Positions 28,593-38,444 of a DNA stretch of 64,000 bases are shown piece by piece. A program made the translations under genes and the position numbers. The stretch lies in IMG/VR virus record IMGVR_UViG_3300033571_015173, positions 1 through 64,000 of that record. One strand, 5' to 3'. The stretch comes from a virus. Numbering within the stretch: position 1 is the first letter of the stretch; each line of letters begins with the position of its first letter. The notes beneath the pieces are model-generated. The model searched no databases. It was not told the DNA's origin and worked only from the letters and a program-made list of their open reading frames with translations.

Positions 28593-29366
28593 ATGAATAC
28601 CATCACCATTTCTGGGACCATCGCTAATATCGAGCAAGATGGCAAGAACTTGATTTTTACCCTGCACAATGGATCGCTGGACTATTCCTTCCGTTGTCAA
28701 ATGTACGAGACTCTCTATTCCTCGAACTACGAGGGAGACCCCAGCGAGTTAGAAGGTGCTGGGATTGTTATTTCTGGAGAGCTGATTCCGAAGACTGAAG
28801 GTCAAGTTCGTTTCCACATGATCCGCGTATCTCGCATTCACGCTATCGGAGACGTGGATGACCGTGTGAACATTATCAATGTCATCGGTCGGGTTACTGG
28901 CGGCAAGAAGACTGAGCATGAGCCCGAGGGAGTTGCAGTGTCTGTCCGTCACTTTGACGAGACTCGTGTTGCCAACTTCAATATCGCACTCAACAGTTTT
29001 CTGGACGGTGAGAAACTGGACTGTTACTTCCAGGTTTCCGCCTGGGGTAAAACCTGCGATACGGCTGAACAGTATTTGGTTAAAGGGAAGCAAGTGGGTA
29101 TCACGGGCTCTCTACGAGTTACCAAAGGCAATACCGGAGGTAAGTTCGTCTCTATCAATACTGATCCGGTTGGTGGGTTGTTGTTGTTGGCAGATCCTGC
29201 GGAATCGTCGAATGGCACCTATGGAGATCCGCCTCCTCGCCGTTCTGTGACTCCGACCCGGAAGCCACGGCCTGCAACTCCGGCAGCTCCGGCAGCTCCG
29301 GCAGCTCCGGCAACGGATGAACCCCCGGCACCTCCGACCAACTTTGACGAAGTGCCGTTCGCGTAG
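28593..29366 (+). CDS. ssb: Single-stranded DNA-binding protein with two OB folds
   Basis: NTITISG and NIINVIGR starts, VSAWGK..AEQYLVKGKQVGITGSL, acidic tail DEVPFA. Confidence 0.85.
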   Translation: MNTITISGTIANIEQDGKNLIFTLHNGSLDYSFRCQMYETLYSSNYEGDPSELEGAGIVISGELIPKTEGQVRFHMIRVSRIHAIGDVDDRVNIINVIGRVTGGKKTEHEPEGVAVSVRHFDETRVANFNIALNSFLDGEKLDCYFQVSAWGKTCDTAEQYLVKGKQVGITGSLRVTKGNTGGKFVSINTDPVGGLLLLADPAESSNGTYGDPPPRRSVTPTRKPRPATPAAPAAPAAPATDEPPAPPTNFDEVPFA

Positions 29367-29373
29367 TCTAACT

Positions 29374-29414
29374 GCTAAGGCGTAACATTGGTTGCGTCTT
29401 AGCAATCTTTTTTG
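29374..29414 (+). terminator. Intrinsic terminator after ssb
   Basis: TGCTAAGGCGTAAC/GTTGCGTCTTAGCA stem followed by T-run. Confidence 0.6.
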
Positions 29415-29504
29415 TGGTAGCTTGCGTAAGTGGTGCGAACTAGACATTAGAAACCCGTTTGGAGAGGGGTAACTCTCAAAGCAGACCCAGCAAGCTATCA
29501 CAAA
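29411..29504 (+). ncRNA. Putative structured RNA leader
   Basis: 15-bp closing stem TTTGTGGTAGCTTGC/GCAAGCTATCACAAA and internal GAGAG/CTCTC hairpin. Confidence 0.4.
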
Positions 29505-29514
29505 TCGGAGACTT

Positions 29515-29826
29515 ATGATACCAACCTTAAAGCTCAAGCATCACTTTCTCCCTCTGATTTACAAGGGAGAGAAGACAACAACAATCAGGAAGGGAAGGCT
29601 CGACTTCCTTGAGGAGTGCAAAGAACTTTTATTTGACTGTGGCTATCATGGGACAGCCAAGGTCAAAATCAATTCTTTGATTTATCTTAGAGCTAAATAT
29701 CTAAGAGAAATCGATGCCATCTCCGATGGCTTTTGTTCTCTTGACTCCCTTAAGAAGAATCTTAGAGAGTTCTATCCTGACCTGAAAGAAGATAGCTGGG
29801 TAACTATTGTCTATCTGAGGATTTAA
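29515..29826 (+). CDS. ASCH domain protein
   Basis: IYKGEKTTTIR and DAISDGF...L..FYP. Confidence 0.8.
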   Translation: MIPTLKLKHHFLPLIYKGEKTTTIRKGRLDFLEECKELLFDCGYHGTAKVKINSLIYLRAKYLREIDAISDGFCSLDSLKKNLREFYPDLKEDSWVTIVYLRI

Positions 29827-29832
29827 TTAAAT

Positions 29833-30198
29833 ATGTCCAATTGGATCGCCTCGGAAATTACCGTTGTAGAAGGTAAGTTAAAGGCCAAAAAGGAAAGAAG
29901 GGAAAAGCAAATTCAATTCCAGCAAGGATTTCTTAAAGTCCCCATTAAGAATACTAAGGTTAAGGGGATCTCTCATATCGAAAGACTAAATGGAGAGGTT
30001 GATAATCTGCACATGAGATGTCAGCTAATCAAGAAAATTTTTGAGATTTATAGTGCGGTGTTCAAAGATGACTCTGCGTTCGAGGAATACTTGACAATTA
30101 AATATGGAAGTTCAATTCTATCGGAGTATACTCTGAGTGAGCTACAAGAAGTGGAGGGCTATTTATGTCCCGTGCCAGTGAATTCCACAGCGATTTGA
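29833..30198 (+). CDS. Hypothetical protein
   Basis: ORF in operon. Confidence 0.55.
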   Translation: MSNWIASEITVVEGKLKAKKERREKQIQFQQGFLKVPIKNTKVKGISHIERLNGEVDNLHMRCQLIKKIFEIYSAVFKDDSAFEEYLTIKYGSSILSEYTLSELQEVEGYLCPVPVNSTAI

Positions 30199-30621
30199 AT
30201 AGCTTTAGAAAGAGATGGCCTGATTGTGCCATATTCGCTATGACCCCAGATCAATTTCAGATGGGGTGGGGTTCGCCAGAAGCTGTGGGTATGGCAGCCC
30301 TTGTTGGATTGCACAATCCTCTGCTCTCGGACGAAGAGTTAGCAGAGTATGAGGCATCCTCCGATCCAGGGGCTGATACCTACGGTAGTTAACTAAAGTA
30401 CGTGAGAACTGAGGTGGTGAATTATTAATTTAGTTCACCACTTTCCTTTATCATGAAAGATAATATTTGCGTTTTTGGATTAGGTGGAATGGAGCCAAAA
30501 ATAATTAACTATCATGAACCGTGTGAGAAGGATGAGTGTTGGTGTAAAACCTCACCTAGCCTTCTCACTTGGTTTAATTTTTATGCCTTCCTGCCATCCG
30601 AACTAACTCGACAAACTAGGG

Positions 30622-31461
30622 TTAGTAGTCTTCGATCCTCTCTTTCGGAATGACTGGAAGCTGGTGATTGCGTGGGCTTGATTCGGGAGTATGCTTCCGA
30701 AGATCCCATACTATTGCCAGGGTTAGAATGCTGATAGTAAAGGTTAGAAAGTAAAGGGAGAGATAGATTTTCCACTTTACTGCAGTTCTTCCTTGCGGAG
30801 GAACAATCAACCAATCGAAGACTTTCGCTAGCATTCCCCATCTAGTTGCGGGGGGCGACGATGAGCCGACAAGATTTGCGGCATACTCACTCATTAGTGA
30901 GGACTCCTCGAATGGGATGAAGGTGTCTCTCATTCCATCTTTAGGCCAATTTTCTGGCTCCCATAGATCCACTGGAATCGTGGGAGAAGGACTTGTGGCA
31001 CAGTAAATACCTCCCAGTCCATCTTTCGGAGTATTAACTCCAAGCCAGATTCTCTCTCCACCTGCAATGAGAATCCCTTTTCTATCGACACGTATCCATC
31101 CTTCTTTATTGGCGACCCAAACGCCAACACTAGACTCAAAATATTCAAGCTTACCTTTGCGAGTAAGGTAACTCCCTCCAGAATAGATATGGAAGGACTG
31201 ATCTTTGCCACGAAATTCAATGGTAAAATGAATTCGCGATAGTCTTGAAGTGTTATCTTTTTTAGGCACAAAAACGAGACTGCAATACTCCAACCTTCCT
31301 GCGGTCCAGTATTGATTGGATCCCTTTTCATCTATTACATCAAGCGAAAAAGAAGATCCAACGAAATTAAAATCCGGGTCCTTACTGTCAACTACCTGAA
31401 GAACCGGAAATGAAGGGCTAAAAAACAAAAAAAGTGAGGGACAGGTAATGGTGCCATCCAT
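30622..31461 (-). CDS. FHA-domain membrane protein
   Basis: AGR...SRIH...SSVGVWV FHA motifs; C-terminal TM; true start uncertain. Confidence 0.6.
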   Translation of the reverse strand: MDGTITCPSLFLFFSPSFPVLQVVDSKDPDFNFVGSSFSLDVIDEKGSNQYWTAGRLEYCSLVFVPKKDNTSRLSRIHFTIEFRGKDQSFHIYSGGSYLTRKGKLEYFESSVGVWVANKEGWIRVDRKGILIAGGERIWLGVNTPKDGLGGIYCATSPSPTIPVDLWEPENWPKDGMRDTFIPFEESSLMSEYAANLVGSSSPPATRWGMLAKVFDWLIVPPQGRTAVKWKIYLSLYFLTFTISILTLAIVWDLRKHTPESSPRNHQLPVIPKERIEDY

Positions 31462-31759
31462 TGGGGAAATCCTCAGGAATAAAGACTGGGAGAGTAGGAA
31501 CGATAGTAGAGTGCGGTTTGTAAAGATCCAGCTAAAGGGATCTTACTCATCCATTGTAAAAATTTTAACAAAGTTCCGTCGCACTAGGACGTGGAGAGCT
31601 ATCAAAAATTGCGGGTGGGGAGAGGAAAGATCTCTCATTTTTGTAGCCGCAATCACCACCGACCTATTTGCCGCTCAAAAATGGTGGGAAGAGAAAGCAT
31701 TGGATTTCAACGTCGGAATTATTCTATTTGACATAGCAAAGGAGGACCCCGATCTATGA
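31448..31759 (+). CDS. Hypothetical protein
   Basis: ATGA overlap with the next gene. Confidence 0.5.
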   Translation: MVPSIGEILRNKDWESRNDSRVRFVKIQLKGSYSSIVKILTKFRRTRTWRAIKNCGWGEERSLIFVAAITTDLFAAQKWWEEKALDFNVGIILFDIAKEDPDL

Positions 31760-32325
31760 CTAGAATACTTCCATCGAAAGTTGGAAGGTGGAACATCTTA
31801 TCTCCGGCTGTAGTTAGGAGAAAGAAAGGTTACTGCTACTATTTCCATTTCTGCAGGTGTGACTGCGGAACGGAGAAGTGGGTAAGCAGGACACACCTTC
31901 TTAGTGAAAAGACTAGATCTTGTGGCTGTTATAAGAAAGAGGCCAACAGAATATGGAAGTCTCTAACCTCCAAGAAGAATGAAAATATAGCAAGAGAAGA
32001 ATGGGAGCGAATAAGATCAGATAGTGAATGGTCTGATTTTGTTTCCTTCTACCGAGATACACAGCCTCAACGAACCAGGAGGCATCATCTTCACAAGATT
32101 AATAAAGACTTACCTTATTCTAAAGACAATTTTAGATGGGTAAAAAGTAAACACAAGATAATTGAATTTAACGGGAAGAGCCTAGTCCTAAAAGACTGGG
32201 TAAAGGAACCAGAAGCTAACGGACTATCTTTAAGCCTCTTACATAAGAGGTATGATCGAGGTGATCCACCTGCAGAAATATTTAGACCTAATGGCAAAAT
32301 ACATTCCGATAAAGAAAGGAACTAG
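31756..32325 (+). CDS. HNH homing-endonuclease-like protein (degenerate)
   Basis: CRCDCG...RSCGC, LHKIN...YSKDNFRW. Confidence 0.7.
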   Translation: MTRILPSKVGRWNILSPAVVRRKKGYCYYFHFCRCDCGTEKWVSRTHLLSEKTRSCGCYKKEANRIWKSLTSKKNENIAREEWERIRSDSEWSDFVSFYRDTQPQRTRRHHLHKINKDLPYSKDNFRWVKSKHKIIEFNGKSLVLKDWVKEPEANGLSLSLLHKRYDRGDPPAEIFRPNGKIHSDKERN

Positions 32326-32962
32326 GTTTGGTTTCTTAACCGCTCTAGAACTTCAAGAGGGATCTCATCCTTCTCTTTTTGAGTTGAGAAATTGGGCTTG
32401 CCGCTGTGACTGTCAAAGAGATACCATCGTAAACGAATTAGAATTAAGGATGAATAAGAGGATTGCCTGTGGACAAAGAGGATGTCACATTGCAGACTTG
32501 GATCTTTCTGCTACAGCTCCTCATATTGTTCGTCCATCCTCTATTGCCGAGTTCCATTCATGGAAGTTCATTTTGACTGCTTGCACCAATCCTGCGAGTA
32601 GGCATTATGAGTTTTATGGAGGGAAGGGAATTAAGATGCAAGAGGAGTGGATTAGGTCTTTTGACACCTTCTATTTGGATATGAAGGAAAAGCCTACTCC
32701 TAAGCATCGTCTTTCTAGAAAGGTGGCGGAGAAGGGATTCATTAAAGGCAATTGCTATTGGGGTTCTATTTCTCCAACTGAAGAACCTCTCCTCATTACC
32801 TACAACGGGATCAAACTAAGTTGTACTGAATGGTCGAACTATTTGGCCCAGTACGAAAACTTGAATTTAACCCCGCAGCTCATTCGAGCCAGGTACTTTG
32901 TCTATGGGTGGGACGCGGAAAGGACCCTGACCACCCCATCTAGAAGCGTAAGAAAAAAATAG
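32291..32962 (+). CDS. HNH homing-endonuclease-like protein, paralog of the previous gene
   Basis: CRCDC, YGGKGI...W..SFDTFYLDM, GNCYW. Confidence 0.7.
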   Translation: MAKYIPIKKGTRFGFLTALELQEGSHPSLFELRNWACRCDCQRDTIVNELELRMNKRIACGQRGCHIADLDLSATAPHIVRPSSIAEFHSWKFILTACTNPASRHYEFYGGKGIKMQEEWIRSFDTFYLDMKEKPTPKHRLSRKVAEKGFIKGNCYWGSISPTEEPLLITYNGIKLSCTEWSNYLAQYENLNLTPQLIRARYFVYGWDAERTLTTPSRSVRKK

Positions 32963-33103
32963 TCGCCTTTTGCGAATATTTTTTTTATCTATGCTAGTAT
33001 AGTGGGCAGCAGACTAGACTGCTACATAGAATCCTGATTGGGAAGTGACCAGATAGGAGACTATTACTGTCTAGTTTGCTGTCTATTTTTTCGAGGATTA
33101 AAC

Positions 33104-33655
33104 ATGAGTCTGTCCGATGTTGAGGCGGAATTGAGCCAGAGATTGGCAATTGGTGAGGAATGGATCACGAAAAAAGAATTAATGGAGCTATACAACATAG
33201 CTAGTCTCGTTACATGCCGAGAATATCTATCTGTATGCGGACTACCTACGTCTTCGACTCAATATCACATTGAGAAGGAGATCCGAACTCGATTTCATCT
33301 GGCCTATAAGATGCGCCAAGAAAAGAAGTCGATGGCTCAGGTTAGGGCTTTCTTTCAGGGCAAAGACATAATTCCTGAAGATGAAGACTCCCTCGCTCAG
33401 GAGAATAGTCGGGAACAGCAACAGGAGATGTCTGGGTTTGCCATCCAGTTAGCTGAGAGGGTTATGCAGCAAGCACTAGAGGAAGCATTCGATCAAGTAA
33501 TGCAACCTGATGTATTGGTGCCAATGGTTCAGAGAGTCATTGCCAATCGAATGCGATGCAATTCTGAGTCCATTCGCAAATCGATGAAGCAAGTAACCGA
33601 AAAAAAGTTATTGCTTCCCTCAGAAGACTTGCCAACCACTACGATCCTTATGTGA
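33104..33655 (+). CDS. Putative DNA-binding protein
   Basis: GAGG RBS; N-terminal HTH-like ITKKELMELYNI. Confidence 0.5.
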   Translation: MSLSDVEAELSQRLAIGEEWITKKELMELYNIASLVTCREYLSVCGLPTSSTQYHIEKEIRTRFHLAYKMRQEKKSMAQVRAFFQGKDIIPEDEDSLAQENSREQQQEMSGFAIQLAERVMQQALEEAFDQVMQPDVLVPMVQRVIANRMRCNSESIRKSMKQVTEKKLLLPSEDLPTTTILM

Positions 33656-33696
33656 TCGCGGCCATTGCAACCCTCATCTACAGGAAATTGAGCATT

Positions 33697-34179
33697 ATGC
33701 AATACGAGCAGTTTGCCTTATTGGAAGAGTCCGAGATTGAAAGGACAGGTCAGAAAAGATTCCTTGGTGGGATGAGCATGGGGTTTTCAATCGCTGCGAT
33801 CCCCCTTTCAATCTTCATTGCATTCGCGGATTTACCGCGAGAATACAAGTTCTTAAATCAGATCGGGGCTATCAGTGGTCTACTCTCGATCTTCTCTGTT
33901 GCTTCGGCAGCCTGGAAAGTCACCACCCCAACTGACGACGAAACTTTGAAAGGGGGCGAGGATTACTTTGAGAAAGCTAAACCTCTAGCAAGTCACTATT
34001 CAGCGCGAGAAGAGATTGAAGATTGCTACCCAATTCCCTCTGACATTCCTGACAGATCTAAGACTATGGCAGATTTCTTTCCCCCCTCTCCAGCTCCTGT
34101 TACTTTCACGTATGAGCCGGAGTTGGAGGAAGATCGCAAGCCGGAAGTGAAAGACAAGCCAAAAATAACTCCTTACTAG
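33697..34179 (+). CDS. Two-TM membrane protein
   Basis: Hydrophobic segments; start uncertain. Confidence 0.55.
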   Translation: MQYEQFALLEESEIERTGQKRFLGGMSMGFSIAAIPLSIFIAFADLPREYKFLNQIGAISGLLSIFSVASAAWKVTTPTDDETLKGGEDYFEKAKPLASHYSAREEIEDCYPIPSDIPDRSKTMADFFPPSPAPVTFTYEPELEEDRKPEVKDKPKITPY

Positions 34180-34196
34180 CTATTTGGGATCTCCAC

Positions 34197-34808
34197 ATGA
34201 AGCTTAGAATTACATCGACCGGATTCAAGTTTGATGGGACACCGGAAGAGCTGGTGGCTATGTCTCAATCGGAGATCCCGTATACAGCAATCAACGCTTA
34301 TACAAGGCCCCGACTTGAGCAGCAACAGGCTTATCTGCAGCCCAAGCTAAAGGGTATTCCATCTTCCTTGTCTGATTTCAGACTGGATCATGGTGTTATC
34401 CCTGAAATCCCAGTTGTTGAAGATAAGTTGGCTAAGGCTTCCGAAGTAGTCAGGCTGAAAGGTCAAGAAGCACAAATAGAAGACCATGCTGCTGCTGAAC
34501 CCACTCAAATCCAGACTGATACTAAATTGCAATTTGAGCCTGTAAAAACCTGGGCTCAGAAATGGGAGGTCATCCAAAAGGTTTTTGAGGTCGTGGGCTG
34601 GATGGCAGTTCTTTTAGTAGCTGGGTTTTTAATGGTGTCTGCCTATGAGCAGGGATTCTTTAACAGCGTTAAGCCATCTCCATCTTCTTCTCCTTCTCCA
34701 TCTCCATCTCCATCTCCATCTCCATCTCCATCTCCTTCTGCCATTCCTTCGTCGAATGACATTAGGATTATTCCTGTTCCACCCCCACCCCCACCCGTAG
34801 GAGGATAA
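34197..34808 (+). CDS. Single-TM protein with (PS)n and poly-Pro tail
   Basis: CCATCT hexamer repeats at about 34674-34735. Confidence 0.65.
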   Translation: MKLRITSTGFKFDGTPEELVAMSQSEIPYTAINAYTRPRLEQQQAYLQPKLKGIPSSLSDFRLDHGVIPEIPVVEDKLAKASEVVRLKGQEAQIEDHAAAEPTQIQTDTKLQFEPVKTWAQKWEVIQKVFEVVGWMAVLLVAGFLMVSAYEQGFFNSVKPSPSSSPSPSPSPSPSPSPSPSAIPSSNDIRIIPVPPPPPPVGG

Positions 34809-34810
34809 CT

Positions 34811-35158
34811 ATGATGTTTACATTCCACGATGATAAACCTGAGGATTACGCAATAGATGAGGAACCAAAATCTTCTCCTGTTAAGCACTCATCTGGATTC
34901 TCTGCGGTGATTACTCCTAAAAAAGCCTCCACTACCAATTGGATGGAGGTCTTTTCGTTCTTCGCTATGGGAGCAATTACTATTGCAATTCTTTCCAAGA
35001 TCTTGTTCCTTGTTGGAATGCCTAAGATGGCAGGCTTTTTTGGGCTAACTGCTACGAGTTCTTTTATTCTTGGACTGGCTGTCCAATCGAATAATCGATC
35101 CCGATTGGTGGCTATAGCAGTCGGAACATTTGTCGGTTACTTACTAGTTTTGCTATGA
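34811..35158 (+). CDS. Three-TM membrane protein
   Basis: GGAGG RBS; hydrophobic. Confidence 0.65.
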   Translation: MMFTFHDDKPEDYAIDEEPKSSPVKHSSGFSAVITPKKASTTNWMEVFSFFAMGAITIAILSKILFLVGMPKMAGFFGLTATSSFILGLAVQSNNRSRLVAIAVGTFVGYLLVLL

Positions 35159-35496
35159 AAACCCTAATTGTCAGAAACCAATCAGTGGAGATCACTCCAC
35201 AGCAGGCTGGCTTTATTCAGTTGCAAGTTCAGATGGATGTTGAAATCCTCGCATCTGACTTGGTTGTAGCCTTCAATTTCATTGGAGCGCTAATGGAAAA
35301 AGAAATCCAGCTTACACAATTAGGAGCTCCACAAGAAGACATAGATAACTGTAAGCCACTATTCACGATCAACATAATTGCGTGGCTACTTTATTTGGGC
35401 TTCTTTACAGAAGACCTTGCACTAAGAAAGGCTTCTTTAGTTGAAAGAGCCATGATTGTCTTGCAGTCTTTGGATGATTTTGAAAGTGGCAAGTGA
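35155..35496 (+). CDS. Hypothetical protein
   Basis: ATGA overlap. Confidence 0.55.
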   Translation: MKTLIVRNQSVEITPQQAGFIQLQVQMDVEILASDLVVAFNFIGALMEKEIQLTQLGAPQEDIDNCKPLFTINIIAWLLYLGFFTEDLALRKASLVERAMIVLQSLDDFESGK

Positions 35497-36991
35497 CATA
35501 CCAGGTTATTACGTGCGAATAATGGAACTATCAGCTTTAAGACGGAACCAATATATTAGAGCTGCTCATATCCCAGCTCTGGAGCTAGAAATTCTTCGTT
35601 TAGCTTCCGAAGAAGAAAGACAAAAACACTTCCGTTATTTGGTAGGGCAGCTAGTCTATACTGCACTGAGGGAAAGAGATTCAAGTCTGCTCAAAGACAC
35701 GCGCAAGTATGCCCAAGACAAACATGGGATTAATCCCTCGGTTTTCTTGGACATTGAGCGGGAAGTGTCACAAGCAGCAAGCGTTCCTATCCTCTCAGAA
35801 AATATCATCCCAACCATTGCGGTTGAGAAAACTACTCCAAGGATCAACTCTCTTGCCGATAGGGGCAAGCTAATGGTTGAAGCCTGGAGCGCTCAAGGGA
35901 TGAGGTGTGAATTAGTTGGCTCCTCAGAAGAACCGGCTAGATGCCGAATCTTCAAGTTTAAGAAGGACATCAACCAGACCTTTGCCAGCTTTAGTCGCTA
36001 CCTACCGGAGGTCTTATCGAACGCAGGATATGATCCAGAATCAGTTATTCCGATCCTGGCTCTTCCTAACAATGAGTTCATGCTTCAAGTTCCCAAGTCG
36101 CCTTCGGAGTGGACCACTCTTTGGTGGTTCAAGGCCGATGAAGCTGAGAATCTTAAAGATCTGGTTGAAAATGTCAAGCAATACTTCCTTGAAAATCCCG
36201 ACTCTTTCCCGGTCGGGCAGAAAGTATCCGGCGAACCTCTCTTGATTAAGCATCGTAACTCTACTTTCGCTATCGGGGACTCCCGCAGTGGGAAGAGCAA
36301 CTTTCTTAGAATTCTCATTCTAGATCTCGTACTTGCTTATACCCGTCAGCAAGTTGAAATCTTCCTATGGGATTTCAAGATGGGCTTAACCTTTAATTGT
36401 TTTAAGGCAGCTCCACAAGTTACAAGCTTCGTCTTTAATGGCCAGGAAGGTCATGACTTCTTGGATGAGGCAAGAGAAGATATTGACTTCTTTTACGATG
36501 CTGCAGCTTATAGAGGAGAAATCTTTAGGAAGAGTGGAGTAACAGACATCCATGAATTCCATGAGAAGTTCCCGTTAGGAAAGAGACTCCCATACCTCTT
36601 TCTATTTATTGATGAATTAAGGAAGTGTAAGGAGTTGCTGGGAAAGGACTTGTTTGTTTCCTTCCTTACTGATGCCGTAACCCAGTGGCAGGCATTAGGC
36701 ATTTATGTTGTCTGCGCAACTCAATATCCTGCACAGGCGGATTCATTGTCTCCTTCGGTAAGATCCTCATTCGTTAATAAGGTTTCATTTGTTACTTCAG
36801 ATTCAGGAATTGGTCTGCTGTTTCCAAAGGGCTCTCCTGGTTTAAGGATTGTCCCTAGTCTCTTAGGGGGTGGGGACTTCTTTATTCAGAACTCAGGAAG
36901 AGGTCAGTGCCTTTTTCTGAATGATGCCTTGGTTCAAAAGATCATCAAGTTGCTATCTGTAGATACACCAGACTGGGAGGAGTGGAACTGA
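35456..36991 (+). CDS. FtsK/SpoIIIE family ATPase
   Basis: Walker A GDSRSGKS, DFK, Walker B LFIDE, ATQYP; real start may be GTG 35486. Confidence 0.85.
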   Translation: MSCSLWMILKVASDIPGYYVRIMELSALRRNQYIRAAHIPALELEILRLASEEERQKHFRYLVGQLVYTALRERDSSLLKDTRKYAQDKHGINPSVFLDIEREVSQAASVPILSENIIPTIAVEKTTPRINSLADRGKLMVEAWSAQGMRCELVGSSEEPARCRIFKFKKDINQTFASFSRYLPEVLSNAGYDPESVIPILALPNNEFMLQVPKSPSEWTTLWWFKADEAENLKDLVENVKQYFLENPDSFPVGQKVSGEPLLIKHRNSTFAIGDSRSGKSNFLRILILDLVLAYTRQQVEIFLWDFKMGLTFNCFKAAPQVTSFVFNGQEGHDFLDEAREDIDFFYDAAAYRGEIFRKSGVTDIHEFHEKFPLGKRLPYLFLFIDELRKCKELLGKDLFVSFLTDAVTQWQALGIYVVCATQYPAQADSLSPSVRSSFVNKVSFVTSDSGIGLLFPKGSPGLRIVPSLLGGGDFFIQNSGRGQCLFLNDALVQKIIKLLSVDTPDWEEWN

Positions 36992-37554
36992 TGAAGCGAA
37001 TCTATATCCCCTTAATGATCCTGGCTGGCTTTTTTATAGGTTCTGTATCCGCAAACCTGGCTCTCAATCTAATCGCAAAGTCTACCAATCAAGAGCCAAC
37101 CTATCAACTGACCTTGAACCGGAAGCTCGACTTTGTGAAGGAGCGTCATTACCTGGGAACAGCCCCTCTATATCATGGGAAATATGAGGGGTTTCTTCTG
37201 CAGCATATTGATACTGGCGAGTCTTTAGCCAGGTATAACATCATTCTTCAAGGGAGAATTCGGATTGCTGACATAGTTCAGCAGTCGAATGCCGTTATTC
37301 TTCCGGCTCCTACCTTTGAAGTCAGGATACAGGATCTTGGCATTACTCCAGTCAGGAAGAGCTGGTTTAGACCGGCGAATCCAACGGATCAAGAGTTGAA
37401 TGAAGAAGCAAAGGCCAAGCTCTCCCTCATGCTGCGGAGGGAGTGTACTTCTTTGCTGGAGGAGGTGAATGATCAGGCCAAGGAATTCATTCAGCCTCTG
37501 GTTAATACCCCTGTAATCACCAATCTTGATCCATGCTTTCAAGACAGACAATAA
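36991..37554 (+). CDS. Membrane-anchored DUF4230-like protein
   Basis: GGAGG RBS; N-terminal TM; VILPAP motif. Confidence 0.45.
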   Translation: MKRIYIPLMILAGFFIGSVSANLALNLIAKSTNQEPTYQLTLNRKLDFVKERHYLGTAPLYHGKYEGFLLQHIDTGESLARYNIILQGRIRIADIVQQSNAVILPAPTFEVRIQDLGITPVRKSWFRPANPTDQELNEEAKAKLSLMLRRECTSLLEEVNDQAKEFIQPLVNTPVITNLDPCFQDRQ

Positions 37555-38222
37555 TTCTTGGTGGACTTATAGGATTATTCATCCTGGGCGGTGGAAAGAA
37601 TTTGCCTCCGCCAAGTTCACCCGTGCCCTTGGTTTCTACTCCGACAAAAAGGCAAGTCCAATACTACTACAATTTATTCGATAGTAGTATGCTTATCAGT
37701 TGCCTAGTTGGTAGGGCTGAAGGAACCAAGGATCTTAGCTGTCAAAAGAATTCAGCATGGTATGGACATACAGATCCTGGCGATGGCTTATGGAACCGGG
37801 GTTGGTGTTCCTTTAGTTTAACCAGACATGGTATGAAAGTTGGAGATACCCCCGAAGAAGCAGATAAACAATGTCGCATTCTAATAGCGAAACGTGCTAA
37901 GATATTACAAGAACAGTTTGATAAGTTGCGGATTAAAACACATCCACTAGCAACTATCAATGCACTAGATTTGGCCATCCAGTCTCCGCAGGCAGCATTT
38001 GGGGATGAATGCAACCCCGGATATGCTCGGAACTTGAATGACTATATCTACGATAATCCGAAGGCTCCACTTCTAACTCAGATTATTGAGGCTAGAGTGA
38101 AGAGTTACTGGAGCAATTGTTCTGGTAAATATGAAGTTTGGTGCAAGTCCTATGAGTGCATCAAGGCAGACCAAGAGAGAAGGGTGTATGCTATCTTATC
38201 TGCATACAAGCAGATCAAATGA
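37533..38222 (+). CDS. Putative lysozyme-like secreted protein
   Basis: Signal peptide; AEGT...YGHTDPGDGLWNRG pattern, which I recall from cyanobacterial proteins; Cys pairs. Confidence 0.5.
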   Translation: MLSRQTIILGGLIGLFILGGGKNLPPPSSPVPLVSTPTKRQVQYYYNLFDSSMLISCLVGRAEGTKDLSCQKNSAWYGHTDPGDGLWNRGWCSFSLTRHGMKVGDTPEEADKQCRILIAKRAKILQEQFDKLRIKTHPLATINALDLAIQSPQAAFGDECNPGYARNLNDYIYDNPKAPLLTQIIEARVKSYWSNCSGKYEVWCKSYECIKADQERRVYAILSAYKQIK

Positions 38223-38444
38223 ATAGGATCATTCGTAATCTCTGTCTAATAATGCTTGCGCTGAATGGTGCAGCATTAACAAGTCTGCTACAATGGGAAG
38301 TCGGATACAGCTTTTATCTTCTAGGACTCTCTTACCTGCTATTTGAGTACCTAGATTCTCCGAAGCATCCCAATCCCCGAGCCAGGGGTAAGTGGCTCCG
38401 CCTAAAAAGCAGGAAAATCTCACCTATATATAGAGGAAAACATC

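Noticed and set aside
16250-30390. Integron attC cassette array
   Set aside because: No integrase in the window and no RYYYAAC/GTTRRRY box architecture; the fixed-spacing motif upstream of RBSs fits a promoter better.
34643-34888. Minus-strand GD-repeat ORF and other antisense or shadow ORFs in the track
   Set aside because: Mirror frames of better-supported genes with RBSs and operon coupling.
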